Below are positions 39,701 to 54,700 of a stretch of DNA of 64,000 bases, in pieces. Where the stretch lies: assembly GCA_044892525.1 (NCBI GenBank), contig CM097888.1:34162001-34226000 (forward strand), read 5' to 3'. The stretch comes from Schmidtea polychroa (Eukaryota). Within the stretch, counting starts at the first letter, position 1; each line of letters begins with the position of its first letter. A program made the position numbers and the translations under genes. Under the pieces are notes generated by a model, which searched no databases, was not told where the DNA came from, and saw only the letters and a list, made by a program, of their open reading frames with translations.

Positions 39701-42700
39701 CTATATTCAACATGCTCAATTACATTTTCTATGCTAATATCCTCTATTGTCGGCTTAGCTGTTGAAGTAGCAATATCTAGCATTGGAATCTCCCAACTTA
39801 CACTCTCATTTTCGATTAACAGTCTTTCTGATTCTTCATCCGGTTTCTGTATAGGAACTATTTCTTCGACAATTTCAACAGTTTCACATTCAACTGTGCA
39901 GCAACTCAATTCAAACATCGACGACTCATCTATCACTTTCACTCCTACTGTCATTACACCGACTTCTACAGTTTCTATCATTTGATCTACTTGACTGTCT
40001 TCCATACTTATTGTATATTCACTTGAACATTCTACAATCACACTTCTGAATTCTGATCCGACCTCGACTGCCTTAGAACCAACATGACTCAAGCTTTCTT
40101 CTATTGATTTACATTCAAAACTGCTTTCACTATCAACTGTCTCACACATGAACTCAGTCATTGTTTCTTGGAATTTTCCTACAGCTTCATGACTTGTTAG
40201 TGTATCAATGAATACAATATGCTTTTCTCCGAATGTTTCGCTTCCTACTTCAATCAATTTACTCTCTACACTACTACCGAAGTCAACTGTGTCTTTTAGT
40301 TTTTCGAAAGAAACCTCTACAATTTCACTATCTTTCACTGATTCACTACTCATATCTATAGCCTCTGCTTTATAGTCAGTTAACTTATTTGAAGCCTTTG
40401 TATCTTTTTCCAAGCTCGTATGTGTCAATTCGATTATTCCAGTTTCAGTTGCAATGTTTTCAGATTTGATCTAAACACGAGAAAACATTTCTTAAAAATG
40501 TCCAAAATGTTTTGTAGTTTTTTTAAACGTTAATTTATTATTATAAAAAGTAATTAAAAGAAATGAATAAAAAATATGTTTAATGAAAATTTAATAAATA
40601 TCATGATAAATGTATCAAACATTGCTTTAGTGTTATAAATTGTAGGAAAAAAATTAATTTTATTTACCTCTATTTCACTGAAACATTCTTCCATTGTTGA
40701 TTTCATTTCGTAGCCAGATTCCATGTTGCGAGTCTTTGTTTCTTCGAATTGTATTTCAACGGTGCAATATTTAATGTCTTCATCTGATGATATGATGGTT
40801 GTTGAATAAACTGATTTTTCTGTTTCAAACATTTCGCTTTCATGCTTAATCTCTCGACACCATTCTCCACTATATTCAACATGCTCAATTACATTTTCTA
40901 TGCTAATATCCTCTATTGTCGGCTTAGATGTTGAAGTAGCAATATCTAGCATTGGAATCTCCCAACTTACACTCTCATTTTCGATTAACAGTCTTTCTGA
41001 TTCTTCATCCGGTTTCTGTATAGGAACTATTTCTTCGACAATTTCAACAGTTTCACATTCAACTGTGCAGCAACTCAATTCAAACATCGACGACTCATCT
41101 ATCACTTTCACTCCTACTGTCATTACACCGACTTCTACAGTTTCTATCATTTGATCTACTTGACTGTCTTCCATACTTATTGTATATTCACTTGAACATT
41201 CTACAATCACACTTCTGAATTCTGATCCGACCTCGACTGCCTTAGAACCAACATGACTCAAGCTTTCTTCTATTGATTTACATTCAAAACTGCTTTCACT
41301 ATCAACTGTCTCACACATGAACTCAGTCATTGTTTCTTGGAATTTTCCTACAGCTTCATGACTTGTTAGTGTATCAATGAATACAATATGTTTTTCTCCG
41401 AATGTTTCGCTACCTATTTCAATCAATTTACTCTCTACACTACTACCGAAGTCAACTGTGTCTTTTAGTTTTTCGAAAGAAACCTCTACAATTTCATTAT
41501 CTTTCACTGATTCACTACTCATATCTATAGCCTCTGCTTTATAGTCAGTTAACTTATTTGAAGCCTTTGTATCTTTTTCCAAGCTCGTATGTGTCAATTC
41601 GATTATTCCAGTTTCAGTTGCAATGTTTTCAGATTTGATCTAAACACGAGAAAACATTTCTTAAAAATGTCCAAAATGTTTTGTAGTTTTTTTAAACGAT
41701 AATTTATTATTATAAAAAGTAATTAAAAGAAATGAATAAAAAATATGTTTAATGAAAATTTAATAAATATCATGATAAATGTATCAAACATTGCTTTAGT
41801 GCTATAAATTGTAGGAAAAAAATTAATTTTATTTACCTCTATTTCACTGAAACATTCTTCCATTGTTGATTTCATTTCGTAGCCAGATTCCATGTTGCGA
41901 GTCTTTGTTTCTTCGAATTGTATTTCAACGGGGCAATATTTAATGTCTTCATCTGATGATATGATGGTTGTTGAATAAACTGATTTTTCTGTTTCAAACA
42001 TTTCGCTTTCATGCTTAATCTCTCGACACCATTCTCCACTATATTCAACATGCTCAATTACATTTTCTATGCTAATATCCTCTATTGTCGGCTTAGATGT
42101 TGAAGTAGCAATATCTAGCATTGGAATCTCCCAACTTACACTCTCATTTTCGATTAATAGTCTTTCTGATTCTTCATCCGGTTTCTGTATAGGAACTATT
42201 TCTTCGACAATTTCAACAGTTTCACATTCAACTGTGCAGCAACTCAATTCAAACATCGACGACTCATCTATCACTTTCACTCCTACTGTCATTACACCGA
42301 CTTCTACAGTTTCTATCATTTGATCTACTTGACTGTCTTCCATACTTATTGTATATTCACTTGAACATTCTACAATCACACTTCTGAATTCTGATCCGAC
42401 CTCGACTGCCTTAGAACCAACATGACTCAAGCTTTCTTCTATTGATTTACATTCAAAACTGCTTTCACTATCAACTGTCTCACACATGAACTCAGTCATT
42501 GTTTCTTGGAATTTTCCTACAGCTTCATGACTTGTTAGTGTATCAATGAATACAATATGCTTTTCTCCGAATGTTTCGCTTCCTACTTCAATCAATTTAC
42601 TCTCTACACTACTACCGAAGTCAACTGTGTCTTTTAGTTTTTCGAAAGAAACCTCTACAATTTCACTATCTTTCACTGATTCACTACTCATATCTATAGC

Positions 42701-45700
42701 CTCTGCTTTATAGTCAGTTAACTTATTTGAAGCCTTTGTATCTTTTTCCAAGCTCGTATGTGTCAATTCGATTATTCCAGTTTCAGTTGCAATGTTTTCA
42801 GATTTGATCTAAACACGAGAAAACATTTCTTAAAAATGTCCAAAATGTTTTGTAGTTTTTTTAAACGTTAATTTATTATTATAAAAAGTAATTAAAAGAA
42901 ATGAATAAAAAATATGTTTAATGAAAATTTAATAAATATCATGATAAATGTATCAAACATTGCTTTAGTGCTATAAATTGTAGGAAAAAAATTAATTTTA
43001 TTTACCTCTATTTCACTGAAACATTCTTCCATTGTTGATTTCATTTCGTAGCCAGATTCCATGTTGCGAGTCTTTGTTTCTTCGAATTGTATTTCAACGG
43101 TGCAATATTTAATGTCTTCATCTGATGATATGATGGTTGTTGAATAAACTGATTTTTCTGTTTCAAACATTTCGCTTTCATGCTTAATCTCTCGACACCA
43201 TTCTCCACTATATTCAACATGCTCAATTACATTTTCTATGCTAATATCCTCTATTGTCGGCTTAGCTGTTGAAGTAGCAATATCTAGCATTGGAATCTCC
43301 CAACTTACACTCTCATTTTCGATTAACAGTCTTTCTGATTCTTCATCCGGTTTCTGTATAGGAACTATTTCTTCGACAATTTCAACAGTTTCACATTCAA
43401 CTGTGCAGCAACTCAATTCAAACATCGACGACTCATCTATCACTTTCACTCCTACTGTCATTACACCGACTTCTACAGTTTCTATCATTTGATCTACTTG
43501 ACTGTCTTCCATACTTATTGTATATTCACTTGAACATTCTACAATCACACTTCTGAATTCTGATCCGACCTCGACTGCCTTAGAACCAACATGACTCAAG
43601 CTTTCTTCTATTGATTTACATTCAAAACTGCTTTCACTATCAACTGTCTCACACATGAACTCAGTCATTGTTTCTTGGAATTTTCCTACAGCTTCATGAC
43701 TTGTTAGTGTATCAATGAATACAATATGCTTTTCTCCGAATGTTTCGCTTCCTACTTCAATCAATTTACTCTCTACACTACTACCGAAGTCAACTGTGTC
43801 TTTTAGTTTTTCGAAAGAAACCTCTACAATTTCATTATCTTTCACTGATTCACTACTCATATCTATAGCCTCTGCTTTATAGTCAGTTAACTTATTTGAA
43901 GCCTTTGTATCTTTTTCCAAGCTCGTATGTGTCAATTCGATTATTCCAGTTTCAGTTGCAATGTTTTCAGATTTGATCTAAACACGAGAAAACATTTCTT
44001 AAAAATGTCCAAAATGTTTTGTAGTTTTTTTAAACGATAATTTATTATTATAAAAAGTAATTAAAAGAAATGAATAAAAAATATGTTTAATGAAAATTTA
44101 ATAAATATCATGATAAATGTATCAAACATTGCTTTAGTGCTATAAATTGTAGGAAAAAAATTAATTTTATTTACCTCTATTTCACTGAAACATTCTTCCA
44201 TTGTTGATTTCATTTCGTAGCCAGATTCCATGTTGCGAGTCTTTGTTTCTTCGAATTGTATTTCAACGGGGCAATATTTAATGTCTTCATCTGATGATAT
44301 GATGGTTGTTGAATAAACTGATTTTTCTGTTTCAAACATTTCGCTTTCATGCTTAATCTCTCGACACCATTCTCCACTATATTCAACATGCTCAATTACA
44401 TTTTCTATGCTAATATCCTCTATTGTCGGCTTAGATGTTGAAGTAGCAATATCTAGCATTGGAATCTCCCAACTTACACTCTCATTTTCGATTAATAGTC
44501 TTTCTGATTCTTCATCCGGTTTCTGTATAGGAACTATTTCTTCGACAATTTCAACAGTTTCACATTCAACTGTGCAGCAACTCAATTCAAACATCGACGA
44601 CTCATCTATCACTTTCACTCCTACTGTCATTACACCGACTTCTACAGTTTCTATCATTTGATCTACTTGACTGTCTTCCATACTTATTGTATATTCACTT
44701 GAACATTCTACAATCACACTTCTGAATTCTGATCCGACCTCGACTGCCTTAGAACCAACATGACTCAAGCTTTCTTCTATTGATTTACATTCAAAACTGC
44801 TTTCACTATCAACTGTCTCACACATGAACTCAGTCATTGTTTCTTGGAATTTTCCTACAGCTTCATGACTTGTTAGTGTATCAATGAATACAATATGCTT
44901 TTCTCCGAATGTTTCGCTTCCTACTTCAATCAATTTACTCTCTACACTACTACCGAAGTCAACTGTGTCTTTTAGTTTTTCGAAAGAAACCTCTACAATT
45001 TCACTATCTTTCACTGATTCACTACTCATATCTATAGCCTCTGCTTTATAGTCAGTTAACTTATTTGAAGCCTTTGTATCTTTTTCCAAGCTCGTATGTG
45101 TCAATTCGATTATTCCAGTTTCAGTTGCAATGTTTTCAGATTTGATCTAAACACGAGAAAACATTTCTTAAAAATGTCCAAAATGTTTTGTAGTTTTTTT
45201 AAACGTTAATTTATTATTATAAAAAGTAATTAAAAGAAATGAATAAAAAATATGTTTAATGAAAATTTAATAAATATCATGATAAATGTATCAAACATTG
45301 CTTTAGTGCTATAAATTGTAGGAAAAAAATTAATTTTATTTACCTCTATTTCACTGAAACATTCTTCCATTGTTGATTTCATTTCGTAGCCAGATTCCAT
45401 GTTGCGAGTCTTTGTTTCTTCGAATTGTATTTCAACGGTGCAATATTTAATGTCTTCATCTGATGATATGATGGTTGTTGAATAAACTGATTTTTCTGTT
45501 TCAAACATTTCGCTTTCATGCTTAATCTCTCGACACCATTCTCCACTATATTCAACATGCTCAATTACATTTTCTATGCTAATATCCTCTATTGTCGGCT
45601 TAGCTGTTGAAGTAGCAATATCTAGCATTGGAATCTCCCAACTTACACTCTCATTTTCGATTAACAGTCTTTCTGATTCTTCATCCGGTTTCTGTATAGG

Positions 45701-48700
45701 AACTATTTCTTCGACAATTTCAACAGTTTCACATTCAACTGTGCAGCAACTCAATTCAAACATCGACGACTCATCTATCACTTTCACTCCTACTGTCATT
45801 ACACCGACTTCTACAGTTTCTATCATTTGATCTACTTGACTGTCTTCCATACTTATTGTATATTCACTTGAACATTCTACAATCACACTTCTGAATTCTG
45901 ATCCGACCTCGACTGCCTTAGAACCAACATGACTCAAGCTTTCTTCTATTGATTTACATTCAAAACTGCTTTCACTATCAACTGTCTCACACATGAACTC
46001 AGTCATTGTTTCTTGGAATTTTCCTACAGCTTCATGACTTGTTAGTGTATCAATGAATACAATATGCTTTTCTCCGAATGTTTCGCTTCCTACTTCAATC
46101 AATTTACTCTCTACACTACTACCGAAGTCAACTGTGTCTTTTAGTTTTTCGAAAGAAACATCTACAATTTCACTGTCTTTCACTGATTCACTACTCATAT
46201 CTATAGCCTCTGCTTTATAGTCAGTTAACTTATTTGAAGCCTTTGTATCTTTTTCCAAGCTCGTATGTGTCAATTCGATTATTCCAGTTTCAGTTGCAAT
46301 GTTTTCAGATTTGATCTAAACACGAGAAAACATTTCTTAAAAATGTCCAAAATGTTTTGTAGTTTTTTTAAACGATAATTTATTATTATAAAATGTAATT
46401 AAAAGAAATGAATAAAAAATATGTGTAATGAAAATTTAATAAATATCATGATAAATGTATCAAACATTGCTTTAGTGCTATAAATTGTAGGAAAAAAATT
46501 AATTTTATTTACCTCTATTTCACTGAAACATTCTTCCATTGTTGATTTCATTTCGTGGCCAGATTCCATGTTGCGAGTCTTTGTTTCTTCGAATTGTATT
46601 TCAACTGTGCAATATTTAATGTCTTCATCTGATGATATGATGGTTGTTGAATAAACTGATTTTTCTGTTTCAAACATTTCGCTTTCATGCTTAATCTCTC
46701 GACACCATTCTCCACTATATTCAACATGCTCAATTACATTTTCTATGCTAATATCCTCTATTGTCGGCTTAGCTGTTGAAGTAGCAATATCTAGCATTGG
46801 AATCTCCCAACTTACACTCTCATTTTCGATTAATAGTCTTTCTGACTCTTCATCCGATTTCTGTATAGGAACTATTTCTTCGACAATTTCAACAGTTTCA
46901 CATTCAACTGTGCAGCAACTCAAATCAAACATCGACGACTCATCTATCACATTTACTCCTACTGTCATTACACCGACTTCTACAGTTTCTATCATTTGAT
47001 CTACTTGACTGTCTTCCATACTTATTGTATATTCACTTGAACATTCTACAATCACACTTCTGAATTCTGATCCGACCTCGACTGCCTTAGAACCAACATG
47101 ACTCAAGCTTTCTTCTATTGATTTACATTCAAAACTGCTTTCACTATCAACTGTCTCACACATGAACTCAGTCATTGTTTCTTGGCATTTTCCTACAGCT
47201 TCATGACTTGTTAGTGTATCAATGAATACAATATGCTTTTCTCCGAATGTTTCGCTTCCTACTTCAATCAATTTACTCTCTACACTACTACCGAAGTCAA
47301 CTGTGTCTTTTAGTTTTTCGAAAGAAACCTCTACAATTTCACTATCTTTCACTGATTCACTACTCATATCTATAGCCTCTGCTTTATAGTCAGTTAACTT
47401 ATTTGAAGCCTTTGTATCTTTTTCCAAGCTCGTATGTGTCAATTCGATTATTCCAGTTTCAGTTGCAATGTTTTCAGATTTGATCTAAACACGAGAAAAC
47501 ATTTCTTAAAAATGTCCAAAATGTTTTGTAGTTTTTTTAAACGTTAATTTATTATTATAAAAAGTAATTAAAAGAAATGAATAAAAAATATGTTTAATGA
47601 AAATTTAATAAATATCATGATAAATGTATCAAACATTGCTTTAGTGCTATAAATTGTAGGAAAAAAATTAATTTTATTTACCTCTATTTCACTGAAACAT
47701 TCTTCCATTGTTGATTTCATTTCGTAGCCAGATTCCATGTTGCGAGTCTTTGTTTCTTCGAATTGTATTTCAACGGTGCAATATTTAATGTCTTCATCTG
47801 ATGATATGATGGTTGTTGAATAAACTGATTTTTCTGTTTCAAACATTTCGCTTTCATGCTTAATCTCTCGACACCATTCTCCACTATATTCAACATGCTC
47901 AATTACATTTTCTATGCTAATATCCTCTATTGTCGGCTTAGCTGTTGAAGTAGCAATATCTAGCATTGGAATCTCCCAACTTACACTCTCATTTTCGATT
48001 AGTAGTCTTTCTGACTCTTCATCCGATTTCTGTATAGGAACTATTTCTTCGACAATTTCAACAGTTTCACATTCAACTGTGCAGCAACTCAAATCAAACA
48101 TCGACGACTCATCTATCACATTTACTCCTACTGTCATTACACCGACTTCTACAGTTTCTATCATTTGATCTACTTGACTGTCTTCCATACTTATTGTATA
48201 TTCACTTGAACATTCTACAATCACACTTCTGAATTCTGATCCGACCTCGACTGCCTTAGAACCAACATGACTCAAGCTTTCTTCTATTGATTTACATTCA
48301 AAACTGCTTTCATTATCAACTGTCTCACACATGAACTCAGTCATTGTTTCTTGGAATTTTCCTACAGCTTCATGACTTGTTAGTGTATCAATGAATACAA
48401 TATGCTTTTCTCCGAATGTTTCGCTTCCTACTTCAATCAATTTACTCTCTACACTACTACCGAAGTCAACTGTGTCTTTTAGTTTTTCGAAAGAAACATC
48501 TACAATTTCACTGTCTTTCACTGATTCACTACTCATATCTATAGCCTCTGCTTTATAGTCAGTTAACTTATTTGAAGCCTTTGTATCTTTTTCCAAGCTC
48601 GTATGTGTCAATTCGATTATTCCAGTTTCAGTTGCAATGTTTTCAGATTTGATCTAAACACAAGAAAACATTTCTTAAAAATGTCCAAAATGTTTTGTAG

Positions 48701-51700
48701 TTTTTTTAAACGATAATTTATTATTATAAAATGTAATTAAAAGAAATGAATAAAAAATATGTGTAATGAAAATTTAATAAATATCATGATAAATGTATCA
48801 AACATTGCTTTAGTGCTATAAATTGTAGGAAAAAAATTAATTTTATTTACCTCTATTTCACTGAAACATTCTTCCATTGTTGATTTCATTTCGTAGCCAG
48901 ATTCCATGTTGCGAGTCTTTGTTTCTTCGAATTGTATTTCAACTGTGCAATATTTAATGTCTTCATCTGATGATATGATGGTTGTTGAATAAACTGATTT
49001 TTCTGTTTCAAACATTTCGCTTTCATGCTTAATCTCTCGACACCATTCTCCACTATATTCAACATGCTCAATTACATTTTCTATGCTAATATCCTCTATT
49101 GTCGGCTTAGCTGTTGAAGTAGCAATATCTAGCATTGGAATCTCCCAACTTACACTCTCATTTTCGATTAACAGTCTTTCTGATTCTTCATCCGGTTTCT
49201 GTATAGGAACTATTTCTTCGACAATTTCAACAGTTTCACATTCAACTGTGCAGCAACTCAATTCAAACATCGACGACTCATCTATCACTTTCACTCCTAC
49301 TGTCATTACACCGACTTCTACAGTTTCTATCATTTGATCTACTTGACTGTCTTCCATACTTATTGTATATTCACTTGAACATTCTACAATCACACTTCTG
49401 AATTCTGATCCGACCTCGACTGCCTTAGAACCAACATGACTCAAGCTTTCTTCTATTGATTTACATTCAAAACTGCTTTCACTATCAACTGTCTCACACA
49501 TGAACTCAGTCATTGTTTCTTGGAATTTTCCTACAGCTTCATGACTTGTTAGTGTATCAATGAATACAATATGCTTTTCTCCGAATGTTTCGCTTCCTAC
49601 TTCAATCAATTTACTCTCTACACTACTACCGAAGTCAACTGTGTCTTTTAGTTTTTCGAAAGAAACCTCTACAATTTCATTATCTTTCACTGATTCACTA
49701 CTCATATCTATAGCCTCTGCTTTATAGTCAGTTAACTTATTTGAAGCCTTTGTATCTTTTTCCAAGCTCGTATGTGTCAATTCGATTATTCCAGTTTCAG
49801 TTGCAATGTTTTCAGATTTGATCTAAACACGAGAAAACATTTCTTAAAAATGTCCAAAATGTTTTGTAGTTTTTTTAAACGATAATTTATTATTATAAAA
49901 AGTAATTAAAAGAAATGAATAAAAAATATGTTTAATGAAAATTTAATAAATATCATGATAAATGTATCAAACATTGCTTTAGTGCTATAAATTGTAGGAA
50001 AAAAATTAATTTTATTTACCTCTATTTCACTGAAACATTCTTCCATTGTTGATTTCATTTCGTAGCCAGATTCCATGTTGCGAGTCTTTGTTTCTTCGAA
50101 TTGTATTTCAACGGGGCAATATTTAATGTCTTCATCTGATGATATGATGGTTGTTGAATAAACTGATTTTTCTGTTTCAAACATTTCGCTTTCATGCTTA
50201 ATCTCTCGACACCATTCTCCACTATATTCAACATGCTCAATTACATTTTCTATGCTAATATCCTCTATTGTCGGCTTAGATGTTGAAGTAGCAATATCTA
50301 GCATTGGAATCTCCCAACTTACACTCTCATTTTCGATTAACAGTCTTTCTGATTCTTCATCCGGTTTCTGTATAGGAACTATTTCTTCGACAATTTCAAC
50401 AGTTTCACATTCAACTGTGCAGCAACTCAATTCAAACATCGACGACTCATCTATCACTTTCACTCCTACTGTCATTACACCGACTTCTACAGTTTCTATC
50501 ATTTGATCTACTTGACTGTCTTCCATACTTATTGTATATTCACTTGAACATTCTACAATCACACTTCTGAATTCTGATCCGACCTCGACTGCCTTAGAAC
50601 CAACATGACTCAAGCTTTCTTCTATTGATTTACATTCAAAACTGCTTTCACTATCAACTGTCTCACACATGAACTCAGTCATTGTTTCTTGGAATTTTCC
50701 TACAGCTTCATGACTTGTTAGTGTATCAATGAATACAATATGCTTTTCTCCGAATGTTTCGCTACCTATTTCAATCAATTTACTCTCTACACTACTACCG
50801 AAGTCAACTGTGTCTTTTAGTTTTTCGAAAGAAACATCTACAATTTCACTGTCTTTCACTGATTCACTACTCATATCTATAGCCTCTGCTTTATAGTCAG
50901 TTAACTTATTTGAAGCCTTTGTATCTTTTTCCAAGCTCGTATGTGTCAATTCGATTATTCCAGTTTCAGTTGCAATGTTTTCAGATTTGATCTAAACACG
51001 AGAAAACATTTCTTAAAAATGTCCAAAATGTTTTGTAGTTTTTTTAAACGATAATTTATTATTATAAAATGTAATTAAAAGAAATGAATAAAAAATATGT
51101 GTAATGAAAATTTAATAAATATCATGATAAATGTATCAAACATTGCTTTAGTGCTATAAATTGTAGGAAAAAAATTAATTTTATTTACCTCTATTTCACT
51201 GAAACATTCTTCCATTGTTGATTTCATTTCGTGGCCAGATTCCATGTTGCGAGTCTTTGTTTCTTCGAATTGTATTTCAACTGTGCAATATTTAATGTCT
51301 TCATCTGATGATATGATGGTTGTTGAATAAACTGATTTTTCTGTTTCAAACATTTCGCTTTCATGCTTAATCTCTCGACACCATTCTCCACTATATTCAA
51401 CATGCTCAATTACATTTTCTCTGCTAATATCCTCTATTGTCGGCTTAGCTGTTGAAGTAGCAATATCTAGCATTGGAATCTCCCAACTTACACTCTCATT
51501 TTCGATTAATAGTCTTTCTGACTCTTCATCCGATTTCTGTATAGGAACTATTTCTTCGACAATTTCAACAGTTTCACATTCAACTGTGCAGCAACTCAAA
51601 TCAAACATCGACGACTCATCTATCACATTTACTCCTACTGTCATTACACCGACTTCTACAGTTTCTATCATTTGATCTACTTGACTGTCTTCCATACTTA

Positions 51701-54700
51701 TTGTATATTCACTTGAACATTCTACAATCACACTTCTGAATTCTGATCCGACCTCGACTGCCTTAGAACCAACATGACTCAAGCTTTCTTCTATTGATTT
51801 ACATTCAAAACTGCTTTCACTATCAACTGTCTCACACATGAACTCAGTCATTGTTTCTTGGAATTTTCCTACAGCTTCATGACTTGTTAGTGTATCAATG
51901 AATACAATATGCTTTTCTCCGAATGTTTCGCTTCCTACTTCAATCAATTTACTCTCTACACTACTACCGAAGTCAACTGTGTCTTTTAGTTTTTCGAAAG
52001 AAACCTCTACAATTTCACTATCTTTCACTGATTCACTACTCATATCTATAGCCTCTGCTTTATAGTCAGTTAACTTATTTGAAGCCTTTGTATCTTTTTC
52101 CAAGCTCGTATGTGTCAATTCGATTATTCCAGTTTCAGTTGCAATGTTTTCAGATTTGATCTAAACACGAGAAAACATTTCTTAAAAATGTCCAAAATGT
52201 TTTGTAGTTTTTTTAAACGTTAATTTATTATTATAAAAAGTAATTAAAAGAAATGAATAAAAAATATGTTTAATGAAAATTTAATAAATATCATGATAAA
52301 TGTATCAAACATTGCTTTAGTGCTATAAATTGTAGGAAAAAAATTAATTTTATTTACCTCTATTTCACTGAAACATTCTTCCATTGTTGATTTCATTTCG
52401 TAGCCAGATTCCATGTTGCGAGTCTTTGTTTCTTCGAATTGTATTTCAACGGTGCAATATTTAATGTCTTCATCTGATGATATGATGGTTGTTGAATAAA
52501 CTGATTTTTCTGTTTCAAACATTTCGCTTTCATGCTTAATCTCTCGACACCATTCTCCACTATATTCAACATGCTCAATTACATTTTCTATGCTAATATC
52601 CTCTATTGTCGGCTTAGCTGTTGAAGTAGCAATATCTAGCATTGGAATCTCCCAACTTACACTCTCATTTTCGATTAGTAGTCTTTCTGACTCTTCATCC
52701 GATTTCTGTATAGGAACTATTTCTTCGACAATTTCAACAGTTTCACATTCAACTGTGCAGCAACTCAAATCAAACATCGACGACTCATCTATCACATTTA
52801 CTCCTACTGTCATTACACCGACTTCTACAGTTTCTATCATTTGATCTACTTGACTGTCTTCCATACTTATTGTATATTCACTTGAACATTCTACAATCAC
52901 ACTTCTGAATTCTGATCCGACCTCGACTGCCTTAGAACCAACATGACTCAAGCTTTCTTCTATTGATTTACATTCAAAACTGCTTTCATTATCAACTGTC
53001 TCACACATGAACTCAGTCATTGTTTCTTGGAATTTTCCTACAGCTTCATGACTTGTTAGTGTATCAATGAATACAATATGCTTTTCTCCGAATGTTTCGC
53101 TTCCTACTTCAATCAATTTACTCTCTACACTACTACCGAAGTCAACTGTGTCTTTTAGTTTTTCGAAAGAAACATCTACAATTTCACTGTCTTTCACTGA
53201 TTCACTACTCATATCTATAGCCTCTGCTTTATAGTCAGTTAACTTATTTGAAGCCTTTGTATCTTTTTCCAAGCTCGTATGTGTCAATTCGATTATTCCA
53301 GTTTCAGTTGCAATGTTTTCAGATTTGATCTAAACACAAGAAAACATTTCTTAAAAATGTCCAAAATGTTTTGTAGTTTTTTTAAACGATAATTTATTAT
53401 TATAAAATGTAATTAAAAGAAATGAATAAAAAATATGTGTAATGAAAATTTAATAAATATCATGATAAATGTATCAAACATTGCTTTAGTGCTATAAATT
53501 GTAGGAAAAAAATTAATTTTATTTACCTCTATTTCACTGAAACATTCTTCCATTGTTGATTTCATTTCGTAGCCAGATTCCATGTTGCGAGTCTTTGTTT
53601 CTTCGAATTGTATTTCAACTGTGCAATATTTAATGTCTTCATCTGATGATATGATGGTTGTTGAATAAACTGATTTTTCTGTTTCAAACATTTCGCTTTC
53701 ATGCTTAATCTCTCGACACCATTCTCCACTATATTCAACATGCTCAATTACATTTTCTATGCTAATATCCTCTATTGTCGGCTTAGCTGTTGAAGTAGCA
53801 ATATCTAGCATTGGAATCTCCCAACTTACACTCTCATTTTCGATTAACAGTCTTTCTGATTCTTCATCCGGTTTCTGTATAGGAACTATTTCTTCGACAA
53901 TTTCAACAGTTTCACATTCAACTGTGCAGCAACTCAATTCAAACATCGACGACTCATCTATCACTTTCACTCCTACTGTCATTACACCGACTTCTACAGT
54001 TTCTATCATTTGATCTACTTGACTGTCTTCCATACTTATTGTATATTCACTTGAACATTCTACAATCACACTTCTGAATTCTGATCCGACCTCGACTGCC
54101 TTAGAACCAACATGACTCAAGCTTTCTTCTATTGATTTACATTCAAAACTGCTTTCACTATCAACTGTCTCACACATGAACTCAGTCATTGTTTCTTGGA
54201 ATTTTCCTACAGCTTCATGACTTGTTAGTGTATCAATGAATACAATATGCTTTTCTCCGAATGTTTCGCTTCCTACTTCAATCAATTTACTCTCTACACT
54301 ACTACCGAAGTCAACTGTGTCTTTTAGTTTTTCGAAAGAAACCTCTACAATTTCACTATCTTTCACTGATTCACTACTCATATCTATAGCCTCTGCTTTA
54401 TAGTCAGTTAACTTATTTGAAGCCTTTGTATCTTTTTCCAAGCTCGTATGTGTCAATTCGATTATTCCAGTTTCAGTTGCAATGTTTTCAGATTTGATCT
54501 AAACACGAGAAAACATTTCTTAAAAATGTCCAAAATGTTTTGTAGTTTTTTTAAACGTTAATTTATTATTATAAAAAGTAATTAAAAGAAATGAATAAAA
54601 AATATGTTTAATGAAAATTTAATAAATATCATGATAAATGTATCAAACATTGCTTTAGTGCTATAAATTGTAGGAAAAAAATTAATTTTATTTACCTCTA

